64,000 bases of DNA, taken from Patescibacteria group bacterium (lineage in GTDB: Bacteria; Patescibacteriota; Patescibacteriia; JAHIZJ01). The stretch is from NCBI GenBank assembly GCA_041650335.1, contig JBAZLK010000004.1, forward strand, positions 15,990-79,989, read 5' to 3'. The notes under the pieces were generated by a model that was not told where the DNA came from, made no database searches, and worked only from the letters and a program-made list of their open reading frames with translations. This document shows, one piece after another, positions 10,696-20,770 of the stretch (positions within the stretch are counted from its first letter, which is position 1; every line of letters begins with the position of its first letter). A program made the translations under genes and the position numbers.

Positions 10696-10696
10696 C

Positions 10697-11701
10697 ATGC
10701 GAATACCCGGAGAAAGCGAACCCTCGTCGATAGAATCCGGGGATGAAACCTTCGCCATCCAATTGCGTGAATTGGGCCTTGAGGCGAATCGTGAAAATAT
10801 CGCCGCCGCACAAGAAATGCAGCGTGTTCCAAACCTGCCTCGCGGCTATGCTGACATCGAAGACTCGCTTGACGATCTGGAACGATTGAGGATTGCCATG
10901 GAAAAGGCGGGGATAACGTCCATCACGCATTCCGAGGGAAAAACCGTCTGGGACCATACGCGACGGTGTATACATGAATTGGAAAAACTCGGCTTGCCGG
11001 CTGATCAGAACGAAGAGCTTCGGCTGATACTTTTATACCATGACCTCGGAAAAACCGAGGCGATTCGTTTTCCCTGGAATATAAGCAGAACGCGGGAGCG
11101 CGCCGAGAAAGGGAAGCTCCAAGTGGCGATGATGGGACACCCGGAGGCGCGGCTCGATGATATCAATCGTTCATTGGCGTCGAACGGCCTGGCGGGTGAA
11201 CGGCTTGATCGGGCCATGACGGTCATTCAAAACCATATGCGGACGGATCTGTTGATCATGAATCCTGTTAAGATTGTGCCGATTATAGAGTCGTTCGGTG
11301 CTGACGATGGCCAACGCCGCGAAACGCTCAACCTCTTGGCTTTAGTGATAAAAATCGACGGTTTGGGGACCCAGTACACGACATTGGCAGAGGGCAAGCT
11401 CTCTGTTGTCCATGATGTTGAAAAAGAGCATTTTGAACCTGAAGCGGTCTGGAAACGATACGAGGAAGGGAAAATATTAGCTGAACAGGCCAAGGTTGAG
11501 GCTGAACTTTGTGCGGCTCGTGCCAAGCGCGAAGGTGAAATTTTCGGATCTTCGCTTTACGACTATTTGATTACTCGCGGATTTGAAAAAGGACCAGGAA
11601 TGGGACTGGTGATGAAGCGGGTCAGAGATATCATTTCCAAAAACCCCGACGCTGAGCCAGCCGACATAAAAAAGAAAATCGATAAAACCGAACTGCCATA
11701 A
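10697..11701 (+). CDS. Hypothetical HD-domain-containing protein
   Basis: LILLYHDLGK motif; 2-nt gap after serS and ATGA-type overlap with next gene; no other recognisable domain. Confidence 0.4.
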   Translation: MRIPGESEPSSIESGDETFAIQLRELGLEANRENIAAAQEMQRVPNLPRGYADIEDSLDDLERLRIAMEKAGITSITHSEGKTVWDHTRRCIHELEKLGLPADQNEELRLILLYHDLGKTEAIRFPWNISRTRERAEKGKLQVAMMGHPEARLDDINRSLASNGLAGERLDRAMTVIQNHMRTDLLIMNPVKIVPIIESFGADDGQRRETLNLLALVIKIDGLGTQYTTLAEGKLSVVHDVEKEHFEPEAVWKRYEEGKILAEQAKVEAELCAARAKREGEIFGSSLYDYLITRGFEKGPGMGLVMKRVRDIISKNPDAEPADIKKKIDKTELP

Positions 11702-12696
11702 TGTCACGACATATTACAGATCGGATATACGGAAATATTGAAATCACTGAGCCGGTGCTGCTGGAACTGGTCCAGAGTCCGGCCCTTAAACGTCTGGAGG
11801 GAGTAGATTCGGCCGGATATTTTGAGCCTCATTTTCCGGGTACATCTCGCACGCGGTTCGAACACTCGATCGGCGTCATGCACCTTCTAAAAATGTACGG
11901 TGCCTCGATTGAGGAACAGGTCGCCGGCCTCATTCATGATGTATCGCACTCCGTTTTTTCGCACGCCATTGATTACGTGCTGTTTGAAGGTTCCGGGGCA
12001 AAGCAGCATCATCAAGATAACTCGCACGTTCAATACGTGAAGTCATCAGGCATACCTGCGATCATTGAAAAATACGCTCTGTCAATTGACTACATCCTTG
12101 ACGACACAAACTTTCCGTTAAAAGAGCGCGAGCTTCCCGACCTTTGCGTCGACCGGATCGATTATTCGTTCCGTGAAGGCGTTCTCTTTGGAGAAATATC
12201 CAACTCTGAAGCCCTGGAATTTCTCAATGCCTTGCGCGTTCATGATCGCCAGTGGGTATTTACCGACCAAGAAGTTGCGCGCCGATACGCCGATGTTTTT
12301 TATGCCATGAACAGCAAATATTATTCCAATGTGCAATCGGCCGTCATGTTTTACTCGGTTGGTAGTTACCTCAAACATGGCTTGAAGCAACGTTATATAA
12401 CCCTCGATGACCTCTATACAACGGATGATGAAGTGCTGAAAAAAATAAATTCGCATCTATCGACTGACACCCAGCTGCAAAAACTCTGGACGAGAATGAA
12501 TAATAAAATACCGTATGCAAATGACCCACATGATTATGAAGCGGAAGTACACGTAAAATCACGCATCGTCGATCCACTCTATCAGGCTGATGGCGCCCTG
12601 CAGCGATTGTCAGACAGCGATCCTATCTGGAAAACGGTCGTCCACAACGAACTCAGGCCAAAAACATATTATCTAAAATTTAGCGATACAGAATGA
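11701..12696 (+). CDS. HD superfamily phosphohydrolase (dNTP triphosphohydrolase-like)
   Basis: RFEHSIGV ... LIHDVSHSVFSH motifs resembling dGTPase/SAMHD1-type HD domain; 331 aa. Confidence 0.6.
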   Translation: MSRHITDRIYGNIEITEPVLLELVQSPALKRLEGVDSAGYFEPHFPGTSRTRFEHSIGVMHLLKMYGASIEEQVAGLIHDVSHSVFSHAIDYVLFEGSGAKQHHQDNSHVQYVKSSGIPAIIEKYALSIDYILDDTNFPLKERELPDLCVDRIDYSFREGVLFGEISNSEALEFLNALRVHDRQWVFTDQEVARRYADVFYAMNSKYYSNVQSAVMFYSVGSYLKHGLKQRYITLDDLYTTDDEVLKKINSHLSTDTQLQKLWTRMNNKIPYANDPHDYEAEVHVKSRIVDPLYQADGALQRLSDSDPIWKTVVHNELRPKTYYLKFSDTE

Positions 12697-13136
12697 AAGA
12701 CAATTCTGCAATTATGAACGGCGCGATCGCCATAATATATCGCGAGACCCCGCGCGGACGACTTTACTTAGTTACCCATAACGTATTTAGCGGCAATCAC
12801 ACGTTTCCCGGGGGCGCCAGTGCCAGCGGCGAAGAGATGCGTGACACCATAAAACGCGAATTGCAGGAGGAAATTAATTTACAGCCGGCCGACGAACAAA
12901 TAGAGGAACTTCCTCTGACCAATTCATTCGTTTTTTCGATCCAAGGATCAGCACGGTACAAGCAGCCGGCGAAATACAACGTGTTTCTTATTAAAACCGA
13001 GGTGGAAGAAATAAGGCCGAATACCCAACAGGTGAGTCACGCCTATTGGCTTCCGTATGAACAAGCCCGGGAAATGGTAAAACACGAGATCCTGAAGATA
13101 AACCTCGACTGGGTGGAGCGAAAGTTAAACAAGTAA
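12693..13136 (+). CDS. NUDIX hydrolase
   Basis: Nudix box GGASASGEEMRDTIKRELQEEINL (GX5EX7REUXEEXGU pattern); 147 aa. Confidence 0.6.
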   Translation: MKDNSAIMNGAIAIIYRETPRGRLYLVTHNVFSGNHTFPGGASASGEEMRDTIKRELQEEINLQPADEQIEELPLTNSFVFSIQGSARYKQPAKYNVFLIKTEVEEIRPNTQQVSHAYWLPYEQAREMVKHEILKINLDWVERKLNK

Positions 13137-13200
13137 CAAGCATATTTCACAAAATGTTGGGAATCCATTATAATTCATTGGAAGCCTTTTTTATTTTTCT

Positions 13201-14337
13201 ATGGCAAACAACCATCTGACATGGCTGGAAATCAGCAAATCAGCCTTATTAAACAACCTCGCCGCCTTTCATGAACTGCTTGGAGCAGGCGTTTCAATAA
13301 TGCCGATTGTGAAAAGCAATGCCTACGGACATGGCGTTCTTGAGGTAGCAAAGATTGTCGCGCCGACGTCTGATTGGCTCGGCGTCGTGAGTTTGGATGA
13401 GGCGCTGGTAATACGAAAGTCTGGAATTAAAACGCCCATACTCGTCCTGAGTTTTTTTAACGAGAAGAATATTTCCCTAGCAGCAGGCAAAAATATTGTT
13501 CTCCCAGTTTTTGACCTTGAAGGAGCCAAGACGATTTCTCGGGTAATGAAAAATCTTCACAAAACCATTTCGGTGCATTTGAAAGTTGACGTCGGCACAA
13601 CGCGCCTCGGAATTTTACCAAAAGACGTATTCAGGGTTGCGAAAGCCGTACAGAAGCTCCCTGGTCTAAAAATTACAGGCATTTTTTCCCACCTGGCTGA
13701 TTCGGAAAACTTTAACCAAGAGTATACCAATAAACAAATCAAGACTTTTAACAGCATTTGCCAAGCACTAGAAAAGAATGGTTACGATACTAAAGTCCGA
13801 CATCTCGCGTGTTCAGCCGCGACGATCATAAATCCAAGCTCTCGAAACAACCTTGTTCGAATCGGCATAAGTCTGTATGGTCTATGGCCGTCAAAAGATA
13901 CAAAAGCCCTGTATGAACGGCATTTTAATGGTTTCAAACTTCGGCCGGCCCTGAGTTGGCATACGTCAATAATCCAGCTAAAAAATGTTCCGATAAATAC
14001 CTACGTGGGCTATGGCTGTACCTACAAAACCAAGCGCCGCACCAAGATTGCTGTTTTGCCGATCGGGTATTGGGACGGATATGATCGAAAATTATCGAAT
14101 CACGGGGAAGTGCTGATACGCTCGCGCCGGGCACGCGTGCTGGGCAGAATTTGCATGAATATGACCATGGTTGACGTTACCGATATTCCTGGCGTCAGAA
14201 TAGGGGAGCGGGCGACGCTCATCGGCGTGCAGGGGAAAGAAATGATCAGCGCTGAAGAACTTGCCGAAAAAGCCGGAACGATAAATTATGAAATTGTGAC
14301 AAGAATAAATCCATTATTGAAGAGAAGGGTAGTCTAA
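13201..14337 (+). CDS. alr: Alanine racemase
   Basis: PLP-lysine motif VKSNAYGHG, 378 aa, adjacent to ddl. Confidence 0.85.
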   Translation: MANNHLTWLEISKSALLNNLAAFHELLGAGVSIMPIVKSNAYGHGVLEVAKIVAPTSDWLGVVSLDEALVIRKSGIKTPILVLSFFNEKNISLAAGKNIVLPVFDLEGAKTISRVMKNLHKTISVHLKVDVGTTRLGILPKDVFRVAKAVQKLPGLKITGIFSHLADSENFNQEYTNKQIKTFNSICQALEKNGYDTKVRHLACSAATIINPSSRNNLVRIGISLYGLWPSKDTKALYERHFNGFKLRPALSWHTSIIQLKNVPINTYVGYGCTYKTKRRTKIAVLPIGYWDGYDRKLSNHGEVLIRSRRARVLGRICMNMTMVDVTDIPGVRIGERATLIGVQGKEMISAEELAEKAGTINYEIVTRINPLLKRRVV

Positions 14338-14352
14338 CATTTTACGACACAT

Positions 14353-15456
14353 ATGAGACAACCGGATAAATTAACGGTCGGCGTCATATTCGGTGGACAA
14401 TCGGGCGAACACGAGGTTTCGCTTGTTTCCGCGCAGGCTGTCATGGCCGGACTTGATCGAAAAAAATACCGTGTTGTACCGATTGGGATAACGAAGACTG
14501 GTCATTGGTTGATTGGTACTGACGCGATGAAGTATCTAAAAACCGGAAAAGGTTCGCGATATAAGGAAGAAGCGATTTTGCCGGAAGTGGTAAAAAAACG
14601 ACGCCAGCTACCGCAATCAACAATTGACGTGATTTTTCCGGTTTTACACGGTCCCTACGGCGAGGACGGCACAATCCAGGGCTTGCTCGAACTGGCCCAT
14701 CTGCCATATGTTGGGGCGGGCGTTCTTGGTTCGGCCTGTGGTATGGATAAAGTAATCATGAAAGCGCTTTTCCAGAATGCCAAACTGCCTGGCCCAAAAT
14801 ATGTCCCGCTGACAAAATCGGAATGGAGCAAGAAACGCAAGGATATTATTTCAAAGATACGTTCACAGATAGGTTTTCCAAACTTTACAAAACCGGCTAA
14901 TCTCGGCTCAAGCGTTGGGATAATGAAATGCCGGAGTCTTAATGAAACTGTCCGCGGGCTCAATACCGCTTTTACCTATGATCGAAAAGCCCTGGTCGAA
15001 GAGGCGATTGACGGCCGCGAAGTCGAGTGTTCAGTCTTGGGTAATAATAATCCTATCGCTTCGGTCCCCGGAGAAATCGTGCCGAATCGCGAGTTTTACG
15101 ATTATGAGGCGAAATATATTGACGGCGATTCAGAATTGCTGCTTCCGGCGCCGATCACGCCAACCCAAAAGAAAATCGTCCGGCAGCTTGCTGTGAAGGC
15201 CTTTTTGGCGATTGATTGTGCTGGACTGGCTCGTGTCGACTTTTTTATCGAAAAGGGAACCAACCGGGTTTTGGTCAATGAAATTAACACGTTACCCGGA
15301 TTCACAAGCATCAGCATGTATCCAAAGTTATGGTCCGCCTCCGGCCTGGCGTATCCGAAATTGCTCGATCGACTCATTACGCTCGCACTTGAACGCCATC
15401 GTGAGCGCGAACGGATTATTTCATCGTACCAGCCTTCAAAAAATTGGTATTTATAA
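14353..15456 (+). CDS. ddl: D-alanine--D-alanine ligase
   Basis: ATP-grasp fold signatures (FPVLHGPYGEDGTIQGLLE, ARVDFF, EINTLPGFT); 367 aa. Confidence 0.85.
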   Translation: MRQPDKLTVGVIFGGQSGEHEVSLVSAQAVMAGLDRKKYRVVPIGITKTGHWLIGTDAMKYLKTGKGSRYKEEAILPEVVKKRRQLPQSTIDVIFPVLHGPYGEDGTIQGLLELAHLPYVGAGVLGSACGMDKVIMKALFQNAKLPGPKYVPLTKSEWSKKRKDIISKIRSQIGFPNFTKPANLGSSVGIMKCRSLNETVRGLNTAFTYDRKALVEEAIDGREVECSVLGNNNPIASVPGEIVPNREFYDYEAKYIDGDSELLLPAPITPTQKKIVRQLAVKAFLAIDCAGLARVDFFIEKGTNRVLVNEINTLPGFTSISMYPKLWSASGLAYPKLLDRLITLALERHRERERIISSYQPSKNWYL

Positions 15457-15459
15457 GAC

Positions 15460-16506
15460 ATGGCAGACTATCACGATTGGACGTCATCACGAAGATTCGT
15501 CACGAAACAATTGAATTACCGGAATCCGTATTTTCCGAGAGAATCGTTTTCTGAGAAAAGAAAGCGCCGCCAGCGATTTATTGTTATCGGCATAATCATT
15601 GTCTGTCTGGCAATTCTGTATTTCCTGTTTATTTCGCCGGTGTTCCAAATACGGGAAATAACGGTTGAAGGCGGAACAACTGATCGGATCTCATTTATTG
15701 AGGGCCGGGTAGACGAGTACTTACGGGGAAAAATGCTGGGCGTCATAAAAAACGACAACTGGTTTCTCGTGTCGTCAAGCCGCCTGAAAAACTGGCTTGA
15801 TTCCGATCTCATGAATAAAATATCGTTAGAAACATTGACAATAGAGAAGACTTTTCCTCGCACGATCCACATTACGTTTCGTGAACGGACCGCCCAGCTC
15901 ATCTATCAAGCAAATAATCAGTCATATCTTTTAGATCGCCAGGGATATGTGATAAGCGAGCAATACCTTAATCCCGTTGTGGAAACACAAGAAGGCGATC
16001 AAGCTGCGGAAGAACCGCCGAAAACTGTTTATCCGATATTGCGTGATGAGACAAAATCAACCGTCTCAATCGGTCAACAAATTATACCGGCGGCCTTAGC
16101 GCAATCCATACTTGAGACAAACCGCATGTTTCTCGAAAAATACCAGGAGATATCAATTGATCATTTTGAAACGATTGTCCGAGACTGCCCGGATTTACCG
16201 AAAACAGATGAGACGGAGACAGCAACAAACGAAAATACCAATTCTGATGATGCGGAAAACGTAAATAGTGAGACAAACGTCAACGAGGAGGTAATCGAAA
16301 GAGAAATTGTGCCGTGTACGGAGCAACCAATGGTCGAATATGCCTTGGTTGTACCATCGGGTGTAAAGTTGTACTTTTCATCAAAGTACTCACCAAACGA
16401 TCAAATCGGTGCATTTACCGTGTCATATAACGATAAAATTGGCGGCCTATTTGATAGATTGACGTATATTGACCTTCGATACCCGGGAAGGGTGTATTAC
16501 AAGTAA
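15460..16506 (+). CDS. ftsQ: Cell division protein FtsQ/DivIB-like (POTRA domain), with acidic low-complexity insert
   Basis: single N-terminal TM followed by POTRA-like IREITVEG segment; position after ddl; acidic insertion ETETATNENTNSDDAENVNSETNVNEE. Confidence 0.55.
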   Translation: MADYHDWTSSRRFVTKQLNYRNPYFPRESFSEKRKRRQRFIVIGIIIVCLAILYFLFISPVFQIREITVEGGTTDRISFIEGRVDEYLRGKMLGVIKNDNWFLVSSSRLKNWLDSDLMNKISLETLTIEKTFPRTIHITFRERTAQLIYQANNQSYLLDRQGYVISEQYLNPVVETQEGDQAAEEPPKTVYPILRDETKSTVSIGQQIIPAALAQSILETNRMFLEKYQEISIDHFETIVRDCPDLPKTDETETATNENTNSDDAENVNSETNVNEEVIEREIVPCTEQPMVEYALVVPSGVKLYFSSKYSPNDQIGAFTVSYNDKIGGLFDRLTYIDLRYPGRVYYK

Positions 16507-16566
16507 TAATGAGTATAGGGTCTTAAATTGTATATTGTGCGACGCATTAACAATCCTCCCCTATAA

Positions 16567-16593
16567 CAAAAAGGGCTTCATGCCCTTCTTTTG
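16567..16593. terminator. Rho-independent terminator (AAGGGC-TTCAT-GCCCTT + T-run) between convergent ftsQ and M23 peptidase genes
   Basis: perfect 6-bp GC-rich stem 16571-16587 followed by CTTTTG; preceded by A-run so usable bidirectionally. Confidence 0.55.
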
Positions 16594-16609
16594 ATACGGA
16601 ATTGTTTTT

Positions 16610-17893
16610 TTACGGTAGGTAGTCGATTGGATTTACCGGTATGCCGTCTTTGCGCACACCGAAATGCAAATGCGCACCAGTTGTCCATGGTCCTGCGCCT
16701 GATGTTCCGGGAATACCCCCGCTTAGTCCAATAACTTGACCTCGGTTTACATACGCCTCAACCTGTACATTTATCTTAGTAAGATGGCCATACAATGTCG
16801 AAACTCCGTCACCGTGTATTATCATTACATAACTATATCCAAGGCCAGCGTCTCTAGCTATTGCAACATAACCAGCGGCAGCTGCTTTAACAGGGGTCCC
16901 CTGCTTAGCGCGTATATCGATAGCATCATGAACAAAATAACGTTTAAAGATATACGACGGATCATGAAATGAAGCTGTTATTCCTCCCAGCGGACTAACT
17001 GGCCACGAGAGAACGTCTGTATTATCCGTCAGTGTGTCATCACCGGCCAGCTTTCTTTTAAGTAAGTCTTCGGCCGAAGTAATTTCATAGCTAACAGACG
17101 CCTGCTCCCTTTTTATGGAGTCAATTAATTCTTGGTATTGTGCTTCGCTTGAACGTGTTTCTTCAAGAAGATTTGATTTATATATTTTTTGGCTTTCTGC
17201 CTCGGCCTGTTCAGCTTCCAGCTTATCCTTTGTCTGCTGGAGCTCATCCTCTTTTCCGTTCAGTTCGGTGTTCACCGTCTCCAGCTCGGTTTTGAGCTTT
17301 TTCACGTCATCCAGAGATTTTTTCAACTTATGCTCCAGCTCCTCGAGATAATTCATTTGCGAGAAAAAGTCCGAGAAGGTGTTTTCCTTAAAGAAAATAA
17401 CGAGCGGGCTGACGTTTTTTGATTTATTCAGAACCCGGATCAATTCCGATAAACGAGTTTTTTGATCATTAATCTGGTTTTCACGATCGGCAATCTTTGA
17501 TTCAACCTCGCGTATTTGAAGTTTTAAGGTATCAATTTCAGTTTCGGCAATCTGTATTTCGAGTTCAGTTTTTGCAATCTGATCGTCGATAACCTCTACT
17601 TGGTTTGAGAGGGTCAGTGTTTCCTGCTGCTTCAGGGCAAGCGCCTGCTGGTACGCCTTATTTTGCTCGTTTAATTGGTCCAGGGCCTGCCGGCGTTCTT
17701 GAATCTGCCGATTAAGCTCAATTATTTCGTCATCAGTAAGCTTACTTTTCTCAGTGTTCGTATTCTGATTCGAATTTTGGGTCGGATCGTCAATCGCCCA
17801 GACGGTATATTTTCCAGATATGAAAACGCCCACTCCAAGAAGAAGCAGGATGACGAGAGAAAATAGGAGTTTTCTTTTATTTCGTGTAGGCAA
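16610..17893 (-). CDS. M23 family metallopeptidase with long N-terminal coiled coil (EnvC-like)
   Basis: N-terminal TM/signal, ~250 aa coiled coil, C-terminal M23 motifs HxxxD (HDAID) and HLHFGV. Confidence 0.75.
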   Translation of the reverse strand: MPTRNKRKLLFSLVILLLLGVGVFISGKYTVWAIDDPTQNSNQNTNTEKSKLTDDEIIELNRQIQERRQALDQLNEQNKAYQQALALKQQETLTLSNQVEVIDDQIAKTELEIQIAETEIDTLKLQIREVESKIADRENQINDQKTRLSELIRVLNKSKNVSPLVIFFKENTFSDFFSQMNYLEELEHKLKKSLDDVKKLKTELETVNTELNGKEDELQQTKDKLEAEQAEAESQKIYKSNLLEETRSSEAQYQELIDSIKREQASVSYEITSAEDLLKRKLAGDDTLTDNTDVLSWPVSPLGGITASFHDPSYIFKRYFVHDAIDIRAKQGTPVKAAAAGYVAIARDAGLGYSYVMIIHGDGVSTLYGHLTKINVQVEAYVNRGQVIGLSGGIPGTSGAGPWTTGAHLHFGVRKDGIPVNPIDYLP

Positions 17894-17950
17894 AGCGAAA
17901 TATTTTATATTACAATAGTATACTACAAATTTAAAAAATAAGCAAATATT

Positions 17951-19417
17951 CTATTCCATTTTCCGTATCGCCAGATCAAGACGCCGGAGCGACTCTTGCT
18001 TGCCCAATACCTCACTAATTTCAAAGACGTCGGGTGAAGCTTTTAGGCCAGACAAAGCAACCCGGATCGGCCACAAGAGATCGCCTGTCTTTATCGCCAA
18101 TGCTTTGATTTTATTGATGCAGAGTTCTTTAAGTTCTGAAGCCACGAAGTTGTCCTCCCCTGCTCCGGCATACATTTCCTTTGCCAGCAATAGATTTTTT
18201 AGCGTATCAGCTTGGTTACTTTTTTTTGGAATTAATATTGCCGGATCATAGTCGCCGAGTTCAACAATAAATTTTGTCAGCGGGACAGCCTCGGCCAGAG
18301 TTACCATGCGATCCTGGGCGAGCCTGACTATTTTTTCGAGAGGCGCTTTTTCCAATGACGGCCAATTTGATTTTTCAAAATACGGCCGACAGCGCCGGGC
18401 TAATTCCGTCGCGTCCAACAAACGGATCTGACGGCCATTGATGAAATTCAGCTTATCGAGATTAAAAATCCCGCCGGATTTATTTGTTTTGTCGAGCGAA
18501 AATTGTTCAATCAACTCTGACATGGTAAATATTTCCTGCTCGGTTTTCGGATTCCAGCCCAATAAGGCAATGAAGTTTACGATCGCCTCTGGCAGATATC
18601 CCATGTCACGGTACTCAAGGGTTGAAACTGCTCCGTCGCGCTTGCTTAATTTTCCTCCCTGAGGGCTCAGGATCAAAGGCAGATGCGCAAATTGCGGCAG
18701 TTCCCAACCAAACGCTTGATAGAGAAAAACATGCTTCGGCGTGCTTGGCAACCACTCCTCTGCCCTGATTACGTGACTGATGCGCATGAGATGGTCATCA
18801 ATAACGTTGGCTAGCTGATAGGTTGGAAAACCGTCCGTCTTCATAATGACCGCGTCATCGAGATAGCGATATGAAAATTCTACCTGGCCGCGAACAAGAT
18901 CATCGACAACAATTGTCCCTTCGTTCGGCAGTTTCATCCGAATAACGTGCGGCTCGCCGGCCTGAACCCGTTTTTCGGCCTCGACCGAATCGAGCGAACG
19001 GCAGTGCTGATCATACCGTGGCGCTAATTTTTGTGCCGCTTGCTGCGCCTTCAGTTCAGACAGACGCTCAGTCGTGCAAAAACAATAATATGCCTTATCG
19101 TTTTGAACCAATTCTTTGGCATATTTTCTGTATATTTCCAGGCGTTGCGATTGAATATACGGACCGCAATCCCCTTCCTTGCCTGGACCTTCGTCATAAT
19201 GCAAGCCGCACCAAGCTAACGATTCGGTGATGGCTTCAACGCTTTTTTCAACATAGCGCTGCTGGTCGGTGTCTTCGATTCGCAAGATAAATGTACCCTT
19301 GTGTTTTTTGGCAAAAAGCCAATTAAACAGGGCGGTTCGCAAACCCCCGATATGGAGAAAACCGGTCGGGCTCGGGGCAAATCGAACGCGGACATTTTCG
19401 GTCGTTGTTTTTGGCAT
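17951..19417 (-). CDS. gltX: Glutamyl-tRNA synthetase
   Basis: class I HIGH motif (PTGFLHIGGLRTALFNW) and KMSKS (KLSKR); 488 aa. Confidence 0.9.
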   Translation of the reverse strand: MPKTTTENVRVRFAPSPTGFLHIGGLRTALFNWLFAKKHKGTFILRIEDTDQQRYVEKSVEAITESLAWCGLHYDEGPGKEGDCGPYIQSQRLEIYRKYAKELVQNDKAYYCFCTTERLSELKAQQAAQKLAPRYDQHCRSLDSVEAEKRVQAGEPHVIRMKLPNEGTIVVDDLVRGQVEFSYRYLDDAVIMKTDGFPTYQLANVIDDHLMRISHVIRAEEWLPSTPKHVFLYQAFGWELPQFAHLPLILSPQGGKLSKRDGAVSTLEYRDMGYLPEAIVNFIALLGWNPKTEQEIFTMSELIEQFSLDKTNKSGGIFNLDKLNFINGRQIRLLDATELARRCRPYFEKSNWPSLEKAPLEKIVRLAQDRMVTLAEAVPLTKFIVELGDYDPAILIPKKSNQADTLKNLLLAKEMYAGAGEDNFVASELKELCINKIKALAIKTGDLLWPIRVALSGLKASPDVFEISEVLGKQESLRRLDLAIRKME

Positions 19418-20160
19418 TATTGAAAAAATTTAGAAATAATTACTTTCATCGGGAACACGATTACGGCACGGTAGATGCGGCGGATGCGCCAGGGCTGTTT
19501 CATGAGCCGGTAGAGCCATTCTAATCCCAGCGAACGCATCACTACCGGTGCGCGACGCACCTGACCTGATAAATAGTCGAATGAACCGCCGACGCCGACA
19601 GCGATCTTTACCGTTTCAAAGTATTGAAGATTCCGCGCCAGCCATTTTTCTTGGGCGGGCGCGCCGAACGCGAGAAACAGGATGGCGGGTTTTTTTCTGT
19701 TTATCCTCGCGACCAGAGCGTTGTCAGACCGTTTCCGGCCGAGAAAATCGTATTCGTTTTCCGCGCCGACTACGTGAAGTCCGGGATATTTTTCCATCAT
19801 GTTAACCGCCGTGCGATGCGCGATATTGTTAAGCGCGCCCAGGAAAAAGACGCTGAGATTCTTATCGCGCGCCTGGCGGCATAATTCTTCAACCAGCGAA
19901 ACCCCGGTTACCCGCCGCGCGATCGGCTGGCCGAGATACCAGCCGGCAAATTTTAAGCCGACGCCGTCCGGGATGGCCAGGCTGGCGGAATTAAGGATAT
20001 CACGAAATTCATGATCGCGGGTAGCTTGGATGCAGAATTCCGGATTTGGCGTAACGATTAAATGAGGCTTTTGATCAAACAAATACTGCTCGAGTTTTTG
20101 TTTTAATTCCTCGTTCGTAAAGCTGTCGATCTGAACGCCTAGTATCGTTACTTTATGCAT
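19417..20160 (-). CDS. WecB/TagA/CpsF family glycosyltransferase
   Basis: 247 aa, family-typical GT26 pattern (FFLGA, ILFLAFGAPAQEKW); 1-nt overlap with gltX. Confidence 0.7.
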   Translation of the reverse strand: MHKVTILGVQIDSFTNEELKQKLEQYLFDQKPHLIVTPNPEFCIQATRDHEFRDILNSASLAIPDGVGLKFAGWYLGQPIARRVTGVSLVEELCRQARDKNLSVFFLGALNNIAHRTAVNMMEKYPGLHVVGAENEYDFLGRKRSDNALVARINRKKPAILFLAFGAPAQEKWLARNLQYFETVKIAVGVGGSFDYLSGQVRRAPVVMRSLGLEWLYRLMKQPWRIRRIYRAVIVFPMKVIISKFFQ

Positions 20161-20695
20161 GAGAAAAATTACAGCGACCTAAAATATCATATGTCGAACC
20201 CGTTGATGACAGCGCGCTCCGCATGAGGTCAATGGTGGTGGCGAAAAACGATTTTTGTTCCAACACGGGCAGGGTATTCTTTATCTCGCGTTGCTTTTTT
20301 ATTTTCCCAAGCGTTATATGCGGATAATACTCTCTTTCTCCGATTAGTCCAATCGCCGCGGCTCGTAATCTGTGATGAAGATCCTTTTGTATATTCATGA
20401 GCTGTTTTGTTTTCTCAATTGACAACACAAGTCTATTGAAATTTCTATTTTGTAATATTGTAACGTTATTTATTGTTATCATGGGTGACTGATGATTTTT
20501 TGAAACTATTTGTAATATTTCAATCGCCCTCTTCGATTGCTCCTCAGTAATATTCCCGAGAAACACCAGCGTACAATGGACTTTTTCTTCGGATTGTAGG
20601 TAGAAATCATTGTTACTGAAACTTCCTCGGATAATTTTTCCATATTCCGTCAAAAAGTTTTTCGGAACAGGTATAGAAACGAATGCCCGTATCAT
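20153..20695 (-). CDS. thpR: RNA 2',3'-cyclic phosphodiesterase / 2'-5' RNA ligase (2H phosphoesterase)
   Basis: two H-x-T/S-x motifs (HCTLVFLG and HITLGK), 180 aa. Confidence 0.6.
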   Translation of the reverse strand: MIRAFVSIPVPKNFLTEYGKIIRGSFSNNDFYLQSEEKVHCTLVFLGNITEEQSKRAIEILQIVSKNHQSPMITINNVTILQNRNFNRLVLSIEKTKQLMNIQKDLHHRLRAAAIGLIGEREYYPHITLGKIKKQREIKNTLPVLEQKSFFATTIDLMRSALSSTGSTYDILGRCNFSHA

Positions 20696-20770
20696 GAATA
20701 GTAACTTGACATATTAATAAAAAACTGTCCTTTTCATCTTGAATTATAGCATATAATCAGGTATACTTTA

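Noticed and set aside
913-12577. Short antisense or embedded ORFs inside well-supported genes (913..1326-, 1518..1748-, 1678..1932-, 3426..3764+, 7583..8002-, 9438..9737-, 10202..10522-, 12118..12456- and so on)
   Set aside because: They are fully nested in, or antisense to, genes with clear family motifs. They have no independent start signals and are treated as noise.
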